Below the pieces are notes generated by a model. It worked only from the letters and a program-made list of their open reading frames with translations. It was not told where the DNA came from and searched no databases. A DNA stretch of 64,000 nt from a virus. Location of the stretch: IMG/VR virus record IMGVR_UViG_3300017917_002280, positions 2,307 through 66,306 of that record; one strand, written 5' to 3'. Positions 22,714 to 34,048 of this stretch are shown in pieces (within the stretch, counting starts at the first letter, position 1; the number at the start of each line of letters is the position of its first letter). The position numbers and the translations under genes are program-made.

Positions 22714-24444
22714 CTATGGTAAATGCTCCAAGGCCAGTCTGTAAAACTCTCCACCACCAGCTCTTTGAAAATAAAGCCACTGTACACCATCAAGTGAAAC
22801 AACATTGTCCATTCTTGTTCCATCATATGATGCTGGTGCTGCATAAGGCAAGGTGGCGAGTGGCTCAATAAATCCATCTGTTAGTCTCATTGCATACAAT
22901 CTTGTTGTACCGTTTACATGCAATGCAATTCTATTGAAATCCCATAAACCACAGGCATGTGAGCCTGTTGAAAATGTTTCTAGTGGTCCTATGTATGCGT
23001 TACCAGAACCAAGTGCAGGGCTTATTTCGGTCCAAGTTTGCAAACCAATATCATATCTATATACCTGTCTATTTGAACCGCCACGCATGGCAAATAGAGA
23101 AAATGGAGCAAGTTTTCTGCCATGAAATAACTGATGCCCGTTACCAAAAGATGCTGGCGGAGCTGTAATTGCTGTCCATGAACCTTGAGCTGTTGTATTT
23201 GTATTAATATCAAGCCTATATGCGAGTGTGTTTCCATTTCCGGGCGTAGAGTATACAAAATCAGACGAGGGAACAATTTTATAGGTGCTTGTATTATCTG
23301 GAGTTGTTGTCCAGTTTCCTGTTCTGGCATTACCCGTTGTTGTACCCGCTAATGTCAATGTCGTTCCTGTTGCAGAAGCAATTCTTCTTCTTTGTCCAGC
23401 ACCAGTTCCACTTAAAATAATAACATCTGCATCTCTCCATGTGTTTGTGTTTGGAGTTGTTTGGTCTGTTGCAATTGTCAATGTACTTGAAGTAGAACCT
23501 GCTACTGCTGTTCCTTGTGGATATTCAACAGTGTATGCGTCTCCAAATGCTGGCGTGTTAGTAAATGCACTTGATACTGTAATTATTACAATATCTGCAA
23601 CAAATTGAATAGTTCCTGATACTGTTGTGGTATTTGGCACTGTCAGTGTGATTGTTGTTCCAACGATACTTGAAACCTCTGCATTATATCCAATTCCGCG
23701 ACCTGTGACAGACATTCCAACTGAGATACCTGTTGCGTTATTTACTGTAATTGTTGATGTAGCCGCAGTACCTGAAGCAATTGTAAATACTGGCGTACCC
23801 TTTGTGTATGTAACATTGCTGATAATTTTTCTTTGACCAGAATTGTTTCCACTTGTAAATCTAATTGCACATCCAATATGCCCAGCATTTACTAAACAGT
23901 TTGAAATTGCATCATTAAATACAGTTGTGCTTGTTCCCGATGTTACCGTTCCAGTTGCAAATGGCTCAACTGTGCTTATATCTTCAACCAACGCCATTTG
24001 ACCTCCGTTTACATTTGTAGTTGTAAGAGCGGGGGTTAAAGTAGTATTTGTATATGGGTTGAATGTTACACCAGAAATTTGAGTATTTCCATTTGCTAAT
24101 GTTGCAGATGTATTTAAACTAAAGCATTGAAGTGTTGTTGTGGTTCCACCATTTTGAATTATAAGAACATTTCGCACGGGGTCATACACCATATCTCCAC
24201 CAGATCCGCATGATGTCATTGTTGCAATTCTATGCCAACCATCTGTCCAAGTATCATATTTCCATAATGTAGTTGTGCTGTTTGCAGTAGATGTAGTTGT
24301 TCCAGTCTGATTAATCATATAGTAATATCTAAAGCCATCATATGCCAATGTTGAACCGTGATATGAAAGAGAATCTGGCTGCATGGATAGCCAATCCCAT
24401 GTTGGAAGATCTGTTCCTTTTCGTAAATTACTGCTCCATGACAT
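22714..24444 (-). CDS. Beta-propeller-like virion protein
   Basis: Kelch-like LWKYD..TDGW and VYRYD..QTW segments plus repeated G.N/GAGQR..I motifs. Likely start MSWSS at 24444. Confidence 0.55.
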   Translation of the reverse strand: MSWSSNLRKGTDLPTWDWLSMQPDSLSYHGSTLAYDGFRYYYMINQTGTTTSTANSTTTLWKYDTWTDGWHRIATMTSCGSGGDMVYDPVRNVLIIQNGGTTTTLQCFSLNTSATLANGNTQISGVTFNPYTNTTLTPALTTTNVNGGQMALVEDISTVEPFATGTVTSGTSTTVFNDAISNCLVNAGHIGCAIRFTSGNNSGQRKIISNVTYTKGTPVFTIASGTAATSTITVNNATGISVGMSVTGRGIGYNAEVSSIVGTTITLTVPNTTTVSGTIQFVADIVIITVSSAFTNTPAFGDAYTVEYPQGTAVAGSTSSTLTIATDQTTPNTNTWRDADVIILSGTGAGQRRRIASATGTTLTLAGTTTGNARTGNWTTTPDNTSTYKIVPSSDFVYSTPGNGNTLAYRLDINTNTTAQGSWTAITAPPASFGNGHQLFHGRKLAPFSLFAMRGGSNRQVYRYDIGLQTWTEISPALGSGNAYIGPLETFSTGSHACGLWDFNRIALHVNGTTRLYAMRLTDGFIEPLATLPYAAPASYDGTRMDNVVSLDGVQWLYFQRAGGGEFYRLALEHLP

Positions 24445-24728
24445 TAGTAAGTCCACCTATTTCTTTTAATCTGATCTGCATTTAATTTCATTTGAATTTT
24501 TTGAGTTTCTCTTGCATCTTGGGCGTTCCAAGTATGGTTTGCAAATGGAATTGGCAAAACATCTCCACCCATATTTGTAGATGAGTTTCTATTGTAAAGA
24601 GATATTGAACCACCATCAACAGTTGTTCTAATTCTATCATTTGAGTCGCGGGCGAATGTGAGAAGACTTATAATCTTCCTCAAAGCGTTTTCTGTAGCTA
24701 AATTATCAAATGCGTTTTTTAATGCCAT
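24444..24728 (-). CDS. Hypothetical virion-cluster protein (leaderless)
   Basis: TATAAT lies 7 nt upstream of the ATG. Confidence 0.6.
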   Translation of the reverse strand: MALKNAFDNLATENALRKIISLLTFARDSNDRIRTTVDGGSISLYNRNSSTNMGGDVLPIPFANHTWNAQDARETQKIQMKLNADQIKRNRWTY

Positions 24729-24736
24729 AAGTTATA

Positions 24737-26626
24737 TTATACACCGTCCTCAATCCAAAGCGTTAAATTACCACCAGATGTATCCCACCATAAATATTGG
24801 CTTGGAGTTCCAGTTGGCTGCGTTGACTGTATATATGTTGGAGCTCCGGTTCCAGTTACAGTTATTGAGCCACCAAGAGATACAGAAGCGCCATTAATAA
24901 CTATAAATGTATTGCTTGCTGTTATTGCACCAGAAACTGTAAGGTTAGACTTTGTAGCACCAGATGTTGGCCCCACAAAAACATTTCCTCCAAGTTTATT
25001 TATAAACAGTGTTGATCCAGAGTTTGTATAAGCGATTCCATTTCCACCTATTGATGGGTCATAATAGGTGTAAGATGATGTCAAGGTTGACTGTATTCCA
25101 AAATTGTCCATTCTAATATGTTGTGCAGATGATGTTCCAATTTGAAATGCATGATTATTGTATACAGCAGATATAATTCCGGCATCACCAGTAGGATTGA
25201 CCCTTAAATATCTTGACTGCAAAATTCCATTGGGGTTCAATGCTAATAGCACTGTTGAAGCTGAAGTATTTTCTGTTATATAAAGTCTAAATGGGTCTTC
25301 ATTGTTTTGACCATTACTTACAACCCTAATATTTGAATCTATATCCCAAGATGTCGCAGAAGCCCCTACCTCTATCTGAGCGCCATCAAAATAGGCAGTT
25401 TGCTGTTGTGTTCCAACACCGTCACCGAATGTTGCACCCTCAATTCCGTATTTAATAAATGCTGCTGCTGATGGAGTGGTAAAAACATAAGAATATCTTT
25501 GCCAAGATGAGCTAGTTGATATTACTTGAGAGCCAGACGATATAAATACAGAAGAAGAATTATAAAAACTTGCTGTGAGTGCGTCAATCATCACTGATGG
25601 GTCGTAAATATATGCTGAATATGTGTATGTTGTGCTTGGACTTATTGGAAGAAAGAAATTAGATATAATTCCAAGGTTTCCAGTTGGTGCTCCAGTCATT
25701 GTTACAGTTATGTTTCCGGAACTCAATCCGAACTTTTTATAAACTGGACTTGTTCCTTTTGCAGAGCTTATTGTTCCAGTTGCTGGAAGGCTTGTCCTAG
25801 TCGCATAGTCTGAATAGTAATTTGCCCAATTTGTTTCAAATCCGGGATCGTAAAGACTTAATAGGTTTTTTAATATGCCCTTTTTAAGTTGATATGTGTC
25901 GATGGTGAATCCAGCAATATCTCCGAATGTTGCAGTTATTGAACCAGTAATGTTGGCATTTTGAGCATAAAGATTTCCTGTGTTTGTTACATAAAATGGG
26001 GCAAGTGATGCTGTTGAATTTCCAGCATAAAATGAATAACTTGATGTTGTCAAGCCTATTGCACTTGCCCCCTCACCAGATGTTAACGAGCCGTCTTCAA
26101 TGTACCAAGGGTTTGCACCACCTATTGTTCCCGTGTCAGAGTTTATATTTCCACGAACATGCACATTTGAAAAAATCGCATTTCCATCTGAGGTTAGCAT
26201 CCATCCATTTGAACCCGGAGATCTCATGTCCCAGTCATCTTTATATACCCAAACATATCCAGATGATGCCGATATTGAAGCTGAGTTTATTTTATTTATT
26301 TCTCCTGCGCCCGTTATTTCATAAAAATATAAACCAAAAGCTAAGGGGTTTGTTTGTACCACAGTGCTTTCAATGGAATATATTAATTTAGCATCTGCGG
26401 GAGATGATTGATCTGGTGTAGCCGATGATGAAGATATAAAATATGAACCAATTGTTACAAGTGAGGCTGGAACATATTGAAATTTTCTTGGAACAAAACC
26501 ATCAAAATTCATTGAAGTGAATTGATTTTGTAGCAATGATGCTTTTATTGTTGTATCTTTTATTACAGTTAACTGCGACACTTGAGATAAATTTTTTGAA
26601 TCATCGGTTGTAATATTAAATACCAT
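24737..26626 (-). CDS. Minor tail protein with carbohydrate-binding-like domain
   Basis: GW.LTSDGNAIFSNV.VRG.I, then a CBM-like PSTTYTYSAY...WQRYSYVFTTP...YFDGAQIEVGASATSW. Confidence 0.7.
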   Translation of the reverse strand: MVFNITTDDSKNLSQVSQLTVIKDTTIKASLLQNQFTSMNFDGFVPRKFQYVPASLVTIGSYFISSSSATPDQSSPADAKLIYSIESTVVQTNPLAFGLYFYEITGAGEINKINSASISASSGYVWVYKDDWDMRSPGSNGWMLTSDGNAIFSNVHVRGNINSDTGTIGGANPWYIEDGSLTSGEGASAIGLTTSSYSFYAGNSTASLAPFYVTNTGNLYAQNANITGSITATFGDIAGFTIDTYQLKKGILKNLLSLYDPGFETNWANYYSDYATRTSLPATGTISSAKGTSPVYKKFGLSSGNITVTMTGAPTGNLGIISNFFLPISPSTTYTYSAYIYDPSVMIDALTASFYNSSSVFISSGSQVISTSSSWQRYSYVFTTPSAAAFIKYGIEGATFGDGVGTQQQTAYFDGAQIEVGASATSWDIDSNIRVVSNGQNNEDPFRLYITENTSASTVLLALNPNGILQSRYLRVNPTGDAGIISAVYNNHAFQIGTSSAQHIRMDNFGIQSTLTSSYTYYDPSIGGNGIAYTNSGSTLFINKLGGNVFVGPTSGATKSNLTVSGAITASNTFIVINGASVSLGGSITVTGTGAPTYIQSTQPTGTPSQYLWWDTSGGNLTLWIEDGV

Positions 26627-28011
26627 TATAAACTAACTCCAATAGATTTCGCAACATTTGATAATATTGACGGTTTATTTCCAATTTTTGCAGCATCAAG
26701 GTCGATTTCTATTATTTGAGTTGGATAAACTGAAGTAGATCCGGGAGTAAATTTGGATGGCGTCCAACTAGTCCCCCCCGTAATATATGTACCTACGGCA
26801 AATCCTATTTGTATCTTGTCGCATATTCCGTTGTTGGACAAATCTGGATATCCAGAATACACACTTATCTTATACTCAGAGGGGAGTCCTGAATTATTTA
26901 TCATTTGCGATATTTCATTAATTGACACAGTGCCGTCATATTTTGGCTGTAAAAATCTTGCATCTGTGGATGCCGTATTATACAAATAATATTTATCTAA
27001 TATTGCTGGCGGTTGTGATGTTAGCTTTCTGAACGAAGATGTGTCAACTATTGGAACAGATCCATAGCTTGCATTTGTATATAATACTGGAGCATAAAAT
27101 GTATAATTTGCAACATTTGTAGTGCCATCTGATTTTAGCGGGCATATCAACCAGTCAGTCCAAGCAAGAGTGTTTTTTGTTCTGAACCTATAAATTGGAA
27201 TAAGAAAGTCTTTTATTGATGCAGAATTTTTTAAATTTATTTTATCATTATCACTTATTTTAACAGTAATTGTAAAATCTTTTCCAGAACTTTGTGCTGG
27301 AATTGTTGTAGTTGATGCAGTTATAACAAGTGTCTGAAGTAACGGTTTTGCTGCTTTCCCTCCAATGGTAGTGCTTCCCTGCGATGTTGATGTGATTGAT
27401 GTTGAATTAAGCTTTGCGCCATTCATTGCGAATGTTGTTGTTCCTGAAAGTCCAGCAACAGTGCCGCTTGTTAGATTATTTGTTATAGGGAAGGTTTGAG
27501 ATGATCTAGTTGCTGTAGCATTTGTAGACATAAACTTCATACTCATATATAAACTTCCAGATGAAATATAAGAGTTTGACCAAGAATCTGCTGAATTAAA
27601 ACATATGGATGCCGTTAAATCTGTTTGTGCTCCAAATGAAACTGATTTAACACTATAGTCTCCACTTTTACCAGATAAAAACGATGACCAGTCTCCAGAA
27701 TAACTTCCAGATGGGGCTTGAAATAAAAGTTGGTTTATTGCCTTAGTGGTTGATGTTCCAGCTCTTAAATATACATGTGTATAAAGAATGTTAGCACATG
27801 CTGTTACTGGCGGAATTTCTATCTGTATATTGGTTATTGGAGATGTTGTTCCTTGTGGAGCGCTAACATCAGAAATGAGTTTTTGTATGTCTGACCTAGA
27901 AATAACTTTAGGGGTTTTTATTTCTATAAATGGAAGATTATATTCTTCACCATTCAAATATATTCTATAAGTTGAGTTGGAATATAGATCTGGAATATCT
28001 ATTCTTGCCAT
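26626..28011 (-). CDS. Minor tail protein
   Basis: Ser/Thr-rich 461-aa ORF within the tail operon. Confidence 0.6.
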   Translation of the reverse strand: MARIDIPDLYSNSTYRIYLNGEEYNLPFIEIKTPKVISRSDIQKLISDVSAPQGTTSPITNIQIEIPPVTACANILYTHVYLRAGTSTTKAINQLLFQAPSGSYSGDWSSFLSGKSGDYSVKSVSFGAQTDLTASICFNSADSWSNSYISSGSLYMSMKFMSTNATATRSSQTFPITNNLTSGTVAGLSGTTTFAMNGAKLNSTSITSTSQGSTTIGGKAAKPLLQTLVITASTTTIPAQSSGKDFTITVKISDNDKINLKNSASIKDFLIPIYRFRTKNTLAWTDWLICPLKSDGTTNVANYTFYAPVLYTNASYGSVPIVDTSSFRKLTSQPPAILDKYYLYNTASTDARFLQPKYDGTVSINEISQMINNSGLPSEYKISVYSGYPDLSNNGICDKIQIGFAVGTYITGGTSWTPSKFTPGSTSVYPTQIIEIDLDAAKIGNKPSILSNVAKSIGVSL

Positions 28012-28937
28012 TATATCCCCTCATTAAATCCAAGCGATAAATAATATTCTATGTCAAGTTGTTGATTTTTTGATTTTTCTATTGGGGATGATAATACTAC
28101 TCTTGATAGAAGCGCAGAATCAACGCTGTTTGTTTCTATTGACTGGTTAAATCTGAGCAGGTCCATTGTTACATCTCCGCCAGCACCATTTTGAATGTTT
28201 ATTTTTGTAATATTATTCCAGTCTATTGTTCCAGTTACACCTGAATTTTCTGATATTTGTTTTTTTTGTGATATTATTCCAGACGCAGTACTAGTAAATG
28301 AAAATGAAATATAGTTTGAATCTCCTGAATAAAAAACTAAAGTTACTGTAGATGAAAAAGATGATGCTTTTCTATATACAATTGATATTTCATCTGAATT
28401 GCTTAAGCTTGTTATTTTTTTTACACCAGCTGAATAGGTTGCCGTTCTATTTGGGCCTATTACTATTGCCCCATCACCATATGAATATAAACTTGTGTCG
28501 GTGATTGATGTCACTCCAGCCCCAGTAATAGACTCTGTTGGCTCAAAGGACAGTATAACTTGAGAGTTGTTTGTGCTATTTAGTGGCGGGGAATATAATC
28601 CAAGCTCATAAATTGAGCATCTTTCTGCTTTGCTGGATGAAGCCTTGAATATTAATTTTGAATATAGTTCTGATGTATCTACAAATGCCGATGATATATC
28701 TAGTCTATCTATTTCCCCATCAAGTGTTTGATTTGTTATAAATCTTGAGTTGGCGTCAAGGGTGTTTGCTGTATTTCCTATTCCAATCGCCATTTTATTT
28801 GCAAACCTTGACTGATAGCCTATTAATGTTCTCATGGCAGCATTTTTCCCAGCGACAGTCATAGAGTTTTTTTGCCTATGAACTTCTTTGCCGTCCAATA
28901 AAACTGCATATTCTCCAATAATATCCAAGTTTTTCAT
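28011..28937 (-). CDS. Minor tail protein
   Basis: KNSMTVAGK...MAIGIG...IYELGLY...LSRVVL...K...LDIEYYL, a gp-H-like pattern. Confidence 0.65.
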   Translation of the reverse strand: MKNLDIIGEYAVLLDGKEVHRQKNSMTVAGKNAAMRTLIGYQSRFANKMAIGIGNTANTLDANSRFITNQTLDGEIDRLDISSAFVDTSELYSKLIFKASSSKAERCSIYELGLYSPPLNSTNNSQVILSFEPTESITGAGVTSITDTSLYSYGDGAIVIGPNRTATYSAGVKKITSLSNSDEISIVYRKASSFSSTVTLVFYSGDSNYISFSFTSTASGIISQKKQISENSGVTGTIDWNNITKINIQNGAGGDVTMDLLRFNQSIETNSVDSALLSRVVLSSPIEKSKNQQLDIEYYLSLGFNEGI

Positions 28938-29548
28938 TGTATTTTTTCCACCCTTATGCTATTACCAATTGTACCATCATTTTGTGTAACCAAAGGAAGT
29001 AGCTTATCAGATATTTCTAAAGAAAACTTTAGTTTTGGATCTCCATTATCATCATATGTTACCTGAAATAAATCAAAGTATTCTTTTGATTTTGCTATTG
29101 TTTGATATGTTTTTATAAAGTTGCTAAAAATATTAAGGTAGTCAACTGAGGATAAATAATAGTTTTTTACCCTTGTTACTTCTTGGTCTGTAAGTTTATC
29201 AAATGTTTCCTGACCAGCAGCTAATTGTTGCGGTAAAACTTTATCGTCCTCCTGACCTATGCCCGGAACTGGAGATGGTTTTGTTGGTGGAATAGATATT
29301 GTTGGTGGTATATTGCTATCATCTGGTGGGGTAGTTGGAGTGCCACCGCTAGTAGGAATATCGTCTGCCAATGAATAGTCAATGTCGGTCAATAGTGTTT
29401 TTGATCCATTTAAAATAGAAAGAATAAATTGTTCAATCGGCTTTGTTCCAACACCAATATAATCTTTTGAAAAAAGTCGAGAGTCTATTGATGATGCCTG
29501 TGTTGTTTTTGAAGCTTTTACAGTTACAAATTTTTTATCTTTACCCAT
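28934..29548 (-). CDS. Minor tail protein (Pro-rich linker)
   Basis: Position in the operon. Confidence 0.55.
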   Translation of the reverse strand: MGKDKKFVTVKASKTTQASSIDSRLFSKDYIGVGTKPIEQFILSILNGSKTLLTDIDYSLADDIPTSGGTPTTPPDDSNIPPTISIPPTKPSPVPGIGQEDDKVLPQQLAAGQETFDKLTDQEVTRVKNYYLSSVDYLNIFSNFIKTYQTIAKSKEYFDLFQVTYDDNGDPKLKFSLEISDKLLPLVTQNDGTIGNSIRVEKIQ

Positions 29549-32500
29549 TTAAACACTCCCTTAGTTCAAGTGACATTTTTGGTCCTGCATTTTCTACAGA
29601 ATATCCAATTGATGAGATAACAAATGTTTTTTCTCCAGATACTTTTTGACAAATTCCTTTATCTTTATAGAAAAATTTAACCTTATCTCCAATCTCTAAT
29701 AAAGGATTTGCAAAAGCATCTACACTTATTGACATTTTTTCAGATGAAGCATTTTTCATAATCCAGTTTGCCAACTCTGTTGCTTCTTTTTGTGATGATA
29801 TAAACTCAGCCTGTAATGATAACGAATTGAGACCATACTTTTCTTTATTCTTTTCCACATTCAAAAACACTGGGGCTATATCGTTCGATGAAGAATCTAT
29901 ATTGAATTTATTTTCATTTAGTCCAATTAAATCGTCAATCTTGACCGAAAGATCCTCGTTTGTTGATTTTTTAATTTTATAGCCAATTATCATTAGCGGA
30001 ACGCTTGAATCTTCTCCAAGTTTTAGGGTGTCGCAGCAACAGTTTACCATCCAAAACTCTGCCCCAAAAGCTGTTGGCTTAAAATCAACTATTTTATATC
30101 TTCCCAAGTTTGATCCATATTCAGCAATCTGTGGTAAAAGTACTGGTGCGTCAAATCTTGCTTTAAACCTTTTAACCTCTCTACACACTTTTCCAAAATC
30201 ATCGTAAAATGTAGATTTTGTTTCTGAATTAAGAAGTGTATTTTGAGTTACGGATTGTGCAGATATTGTTTTATTTTTTGCAGCAGTATATAGATCCACA
30301 TTTGGTGCATATGCTATATCTCCAGCATCATTTTCATCTATCATTCCATAATTTTTAAGTGTTTGACCATCATTTTCAGATGTTGCAAGGAAATAGTCAA
30401 ATAGTGCTTTTGTGTTGCCCCTAACAAAAAGTCCAGATTTCATTGAAGTGCCGTCAAATATTTTTGTTCCGTCTCTGTTTGCAACAATAGCAAGATGATC
30501 TTCCCAATATACTTTTATTTTATTTGAAGAAATTACCACCCTAAGATCTGAAACAATTGCTTTTGAATCTGGATTTTGTGAATTATAATAAGAGACTTCT
30601 GGAACTCTTGCGGTTGTAACAACCTTTTTACCAAGTATTTCTGGTTGAAGCTGACCATCTTTTGTTATTATTTTATAAAGATAAAGATTTTCAAAATCTG
30701 CGTCTTGTAATTTTTTAGCATTTGCAGTCGCACCAAAACTTATCAATTCAACAAAATAGCCTGTCGCATTACTTGTTCCATCCCCCTTTAATCCAAAAAA
30801 TATACCTGCGTTGCCACTAACATAATCTTTATTGTCAGATGATTTTAAAATTAATTTTAATCTAGTTGACAAAACATTGTATCCTATTTTTGATGATATT
30901 CCAATTCCAGAAATATATTTTTCAACATTATATAGTGTAGGAAATCCATTAATTGATCCAGAGGTTACTTCTGCAGATCCTAAATCAAGGTTTAGTCCAG
31001 TCATTGTTAAATTTTCAGCGACAGTATATCCATTAACAGATTTCTTTTTGGTACTCTTGTTTAATGTGACCTGAGTGCTTATAGTTTTTGTTGCTGAGTC
31101 AAATATTTTAATTGTGTTGATTGTTGACCAGCTTGATGAAATTCCATCTACTAGATGTTCGCTGATTGGCCCAGAGTTTTTATATGTTTTTGCAGCCCTT
31201 CCATGAGACTTTAAAGTATATTTTTTCAATGTATTTGAAACAAAAAGTAGAGATGCGGTTGGATCGTCAATATCAAAGTCAAGGTAGAGTATTAAATTGA
31301 TTGGAGTTAAATATACTCCCGGAGAAGATTCTAGTTGTAATCTTTCCGTGTCGCTAAACAATATAGACGCTCCAATTTGACCTAAACTAGAATTAATACT
31401 ATATTGGATTCCTTTATATCTTATTGTTTCATTATCAATATTAAAGTAACCAGTATATGATTTGTTTTTAGCAAGCAGTTGCATGTTTAGATTATCAAAT
31501 TTTATATGTAATTTATTTTTATCTGACTGGTTTAGTGAGTCATAAAATCTTCTAATGGCATCATATTCATTTTCTGCATTTATTTTATACGGAGTTGAAG
31601 ATAAATCTGCAATTACTGAAGGGACAGACCCTTCTATTTTTTGAGCAAGTATTGTTGAAAATATTGTGTTTTCTTCATCATTGTCTGATGCCCTCCAAAG
31701 TGGCTCAACTACATAATTCATGTCATCCGATAATAATGAAAGGTCTCCTTTTGTCAAAGAATCTAGTTTATTTACCTCCGCCAGATCTTTTAAAAACTCT
31801 GGACTTTTTTGTAGTCCAAGCCCACTATATTCTATTTGCATGTCTGTAATTGGATACTGTATTGTTTTAGAAAATGAAGATATATTTGATATATAACTTC
31901 CTGAAGTAATATATGAATATTCTGGGTCGTCTACGCCTACATTGTTTCTGTCACCGACCATCCACCAAGATACATTTGAATTTGAAACGGGCGATGTTGC
32001 TCTTTCTTTTGTCATAACAGTAAAATTATTATTTGCATCCATGAACATTGCCAATTGACATGACACCGCCATCTCTTGTAATGTTTGGGCTACAGTATTT
32101 TCTTTTCTTGAAAAAAAGAATTGCATTGTTGGATCTTCATTTAAACCTAAATTTGAAACAAATTTATATTTTCCATATCCAATATTATCCAAGAAGCATA
32201 ATATTGCCACGGAAGATGGAATACCTCTTTTATTTGCAAATACCATATCTGGTGATGGTGTAGATTTAAAAAACTTCATATAGTCTTCTACTTCTATAGA
32301 AGTTTGAAAACCTTCATCATCTTCTTGCCATGAATTTGAATATAAGGTTTTAATTGGTATTCTTACATCTTCAGAATTTTTCGTAACTATTGCACTTATA
32401 GAAAATTTAACATTTGGATATAAATATTTACTGACAATTGAAAGATTTTGTAATGGCGAGAAGTATTTATCCACATTAGATAAAACTATTGTTCCATTAG

Positions 32501-33491
32501 AACTTATGATTCCCCCCACCGGAAGCCCAAGTTCCATTTCTGATATAGAAGATTTTATATCAAAGGATTTTGTATATTGAGAAATATCACATATTATTCT
32601 TGGAGAAATTTCTAATAGCTGTAAGTCTCTTCCAGATACTTTTCCATCTGGTGAATATATCTTATCAACCTTTAATCTAATTCCAGTTATTGTGTCCGTT
32701 TGATTTCCAGAAATAGATATATCGGTTATATACTTTGTTGCACTTGTTGTTAGCACCCAACTAGATGTGGTTGGGTTATAATATAAATCTAAGTCTCCAG
32801 AAGATAAGGTGCTGTTTGCCTCTGTCCCAGTATATTCATAAATCTTAGTCCATGTTGGAGAGTCGCCAGTTGAAGTTGTTTTATAAACTGTGAATTTTGA
32901 TGGAAAGGACAAGTAATATTGACTTCTAATTTTTATTTTATTTATTCTTGCCGATGCAGTATATTGAATAAAAACATCGGAATACGATATATTGCCAGAC
33001 CCATCTGCCACCCCAACATTATTTATTCCATTGCTTGCTGAGTTTTGGATTATTCTTGATGATGACCAAAACTTATTAGAAGAGTTTTTTGAAATAGGGT
33101 AGAATCTTGGCAATGATGATTTTAAGTATCTTAATGATGTTGAGCTAGTTGTCAAACTTGCAGTTGAATCAAATCTTGAAGATACTATTCCATATATATT
33201 AGAGTCTGTTGTTTTGTAGTCAAATAATGAGTAAAGTGGGGTTGCATTCATTCTATCATAATCAATATCGACACCCGCTGTGGCTGAACCTGAAAAATCA
33301 TAATACTTAAAGTGCTGCCCGCTCTTTATAATATTGCCATTTGGGTCAATAAGTCCATATTGTCTTACATCTAAATAAGCATTAAGATTCCACTCAGCGA
33401 TAACCTCGTGTTTTGAATCTATTCCATATGAAGATTTATAGTCTTGCAAAATTGAATTTTGTATTGATGCATTTGAATGAACTGTTAACAT
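29541..33491 (-). CDS. Large minor tail / baseplate hub protein
   Basis: 1316 aa, two genes after the TMP. C-terminal ANPLLEIGDKV motif is typical of tail hub proteins. Confidence 0.7.
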   Translation of the reverse strand: MLTVHSNASIQNSILQDYKSSYGIDSKHEVIAEWNLNAYLDVRQYGLIDPNGNIIKSGQHFKYYDFSGSATAGVDIDYDRMNATPLYSLFDYKTTDSNIYGIVSSRFDSTASLTTSSTSLRYLKSSLPRFYPISKNSSNKFWSSSRIIQNSASNGINNVGVADGSGNISYSDVFIQYTASARINKIKIRSQYYLSFPSKFTVYKTTSTGDSPTWTKIYEYTGTEANSTLSSGDLDLYYNPTTSSWVLTTSATKYITDISISGNQTDTITGIRLKVDKIYSPDGKVSGRDLQLLEISPRIICDISQYTKSFDIKSSISEMELGLPVGGIISSNGTIVLSNVDKYFSPLQNLSIVSKYLYPNVKFSISAIVTKNSEDVRIPIKTLYSNSWQEDDEGFQTSIEVEDYMKFFKSTPSPDMVFANKRGIPSSVAILCFLDNIGYGKYKFVSNLGLNEDPTMQFFFSRKENTVAQTLQEMAVSCQLAMFMDANNNFTVMTKERATSPVSNSNVSWWMVGDRNNVGVDDPEYSYITSGSYISNISSFSKTIQYPITDMQIEYSGLGLQKSPEFLKDLAEVNKLDSLTKGDLSLLSDDMNYVVEPLWRASDNDEENTIFSTILAQKIEGSVPSVIADLSSTPYKINAENEYDAIRRFYDSLNQSDKNKLHIKFDNLNMQLLAKNKSYTGYFNIDNETIRYKGIQYSINSSLGQIGASILFSDTERLQLESSPGVYLTPINLILYLDFDIDDPTASLLFVSNTLKKYTLKSHGRAAKTYKNSGPISEHLVDGISSSWSTINTIKIFDSATKTISTQVTLNKSTKKKSVNGYTVAENLTMTGLNLDLGSAEVTSGSINGFPTLYNVEKYISGIGISSKIGYNVLSTRLKLILKSSDNKDYVSGNAGIFFGLKGDGTSNATGYFVELISFGATANAKKLQDADFENLYLYKIITKDGQLQPEILGKKVVTTARVPEVSYYNSQNPDSKAIVSDLRVVISSNKIKVYWEDHLAIVANRDGTKIFDGTSMKSGLFVRGNTKALFDYFLATSENDGQTLKNYGMIDENDAGDIAYAPNVDLYTAAKNKTISAQSVTQNTLLNSETKSTFYDDFGKVCREVKRFKARFDAPVLLPQIAEYGSNLGRYKIVDFKPTAFGAEFWMVNCCCDTLKLGEDSSVPLMIIGYKIKKSTNEDLSVKIDDLIGLNENKFNIDSSSNDIAPVFLNVEKNKEKYGLNSLSLQAEFISSQKEATELANWIMKNASSEKMSISVDAFANPLLEIGDKVKFFYKDKGICQKVSGEKTFVISSIGYSVENAGPKMSLELRECLNG

Positions 33492-34048
33492 TACGCCTCC
33501 ACCAATGTCATATCAATGTTCCACAGATCGTGGTAATGTCCCCTTTTTGTAACTGTAAAGTTGAAATCTTGAAAGAATACATGGATTTTTTCTGCCCAAC
33601 CAGATGTTGGCGCAATGTTTGCACTTGCAGATAAAATTGGAGCGTCATAAACTAATAACATCCAGAAGTCCTTTTTATATGTGTTATACCAGTTCAACAT
33701 GTCTTGACCCGCCCCTATTCCAGTTATTGAAGAGTCTTGAATAAATTTTTTACCATATCCACGATCTAATGAGCCAGATGTTGGGGTTGCCCTTGATGGA
33801 AAATCGTTCCAAGATGTGCTGAAAGTTCTTTTATCTGCAATAAAATAACTTCTCATTGTTCCATCAATCATTCTATCTTTTGTTTCTATTCTTTCATACT
33901 GGACTTGAACTGCATCTCTACTATCATCGCTTAAATACAAATAATTGGAGCCTAGTGTCCAAGATGTGCCAGAGGCGGTTCCAGTTGGTTCAGTATCGCT
34001 AAACACTATCATTGATGGTCTAAGCCAGTATTTTTGTAAGGCAGGCAT
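33491..34048 (-). CDS. Distal tail-like protein
   Basis: Directly after the TMP. RMIDGTMRSYFIADK...SWNDFPSR. Confidence 0.65.
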   Translation of the reverse strand: MPALQKYWLRPSMIVFSDTEPTGTASGTSWTLGSNYLYLSDDSRDAVQVQYERIETKDRMIDGTMRSYFIADKRTFSTSWNDFPSRATPTSGSLDRGYGKKFIQDSSITGIGAGQDMLNWYNTYKKDFWMLLVYDAPILSASANIAPTSGWAEKIHVFFQDFNFTVTKRGHYHDLWNIDMTLVEA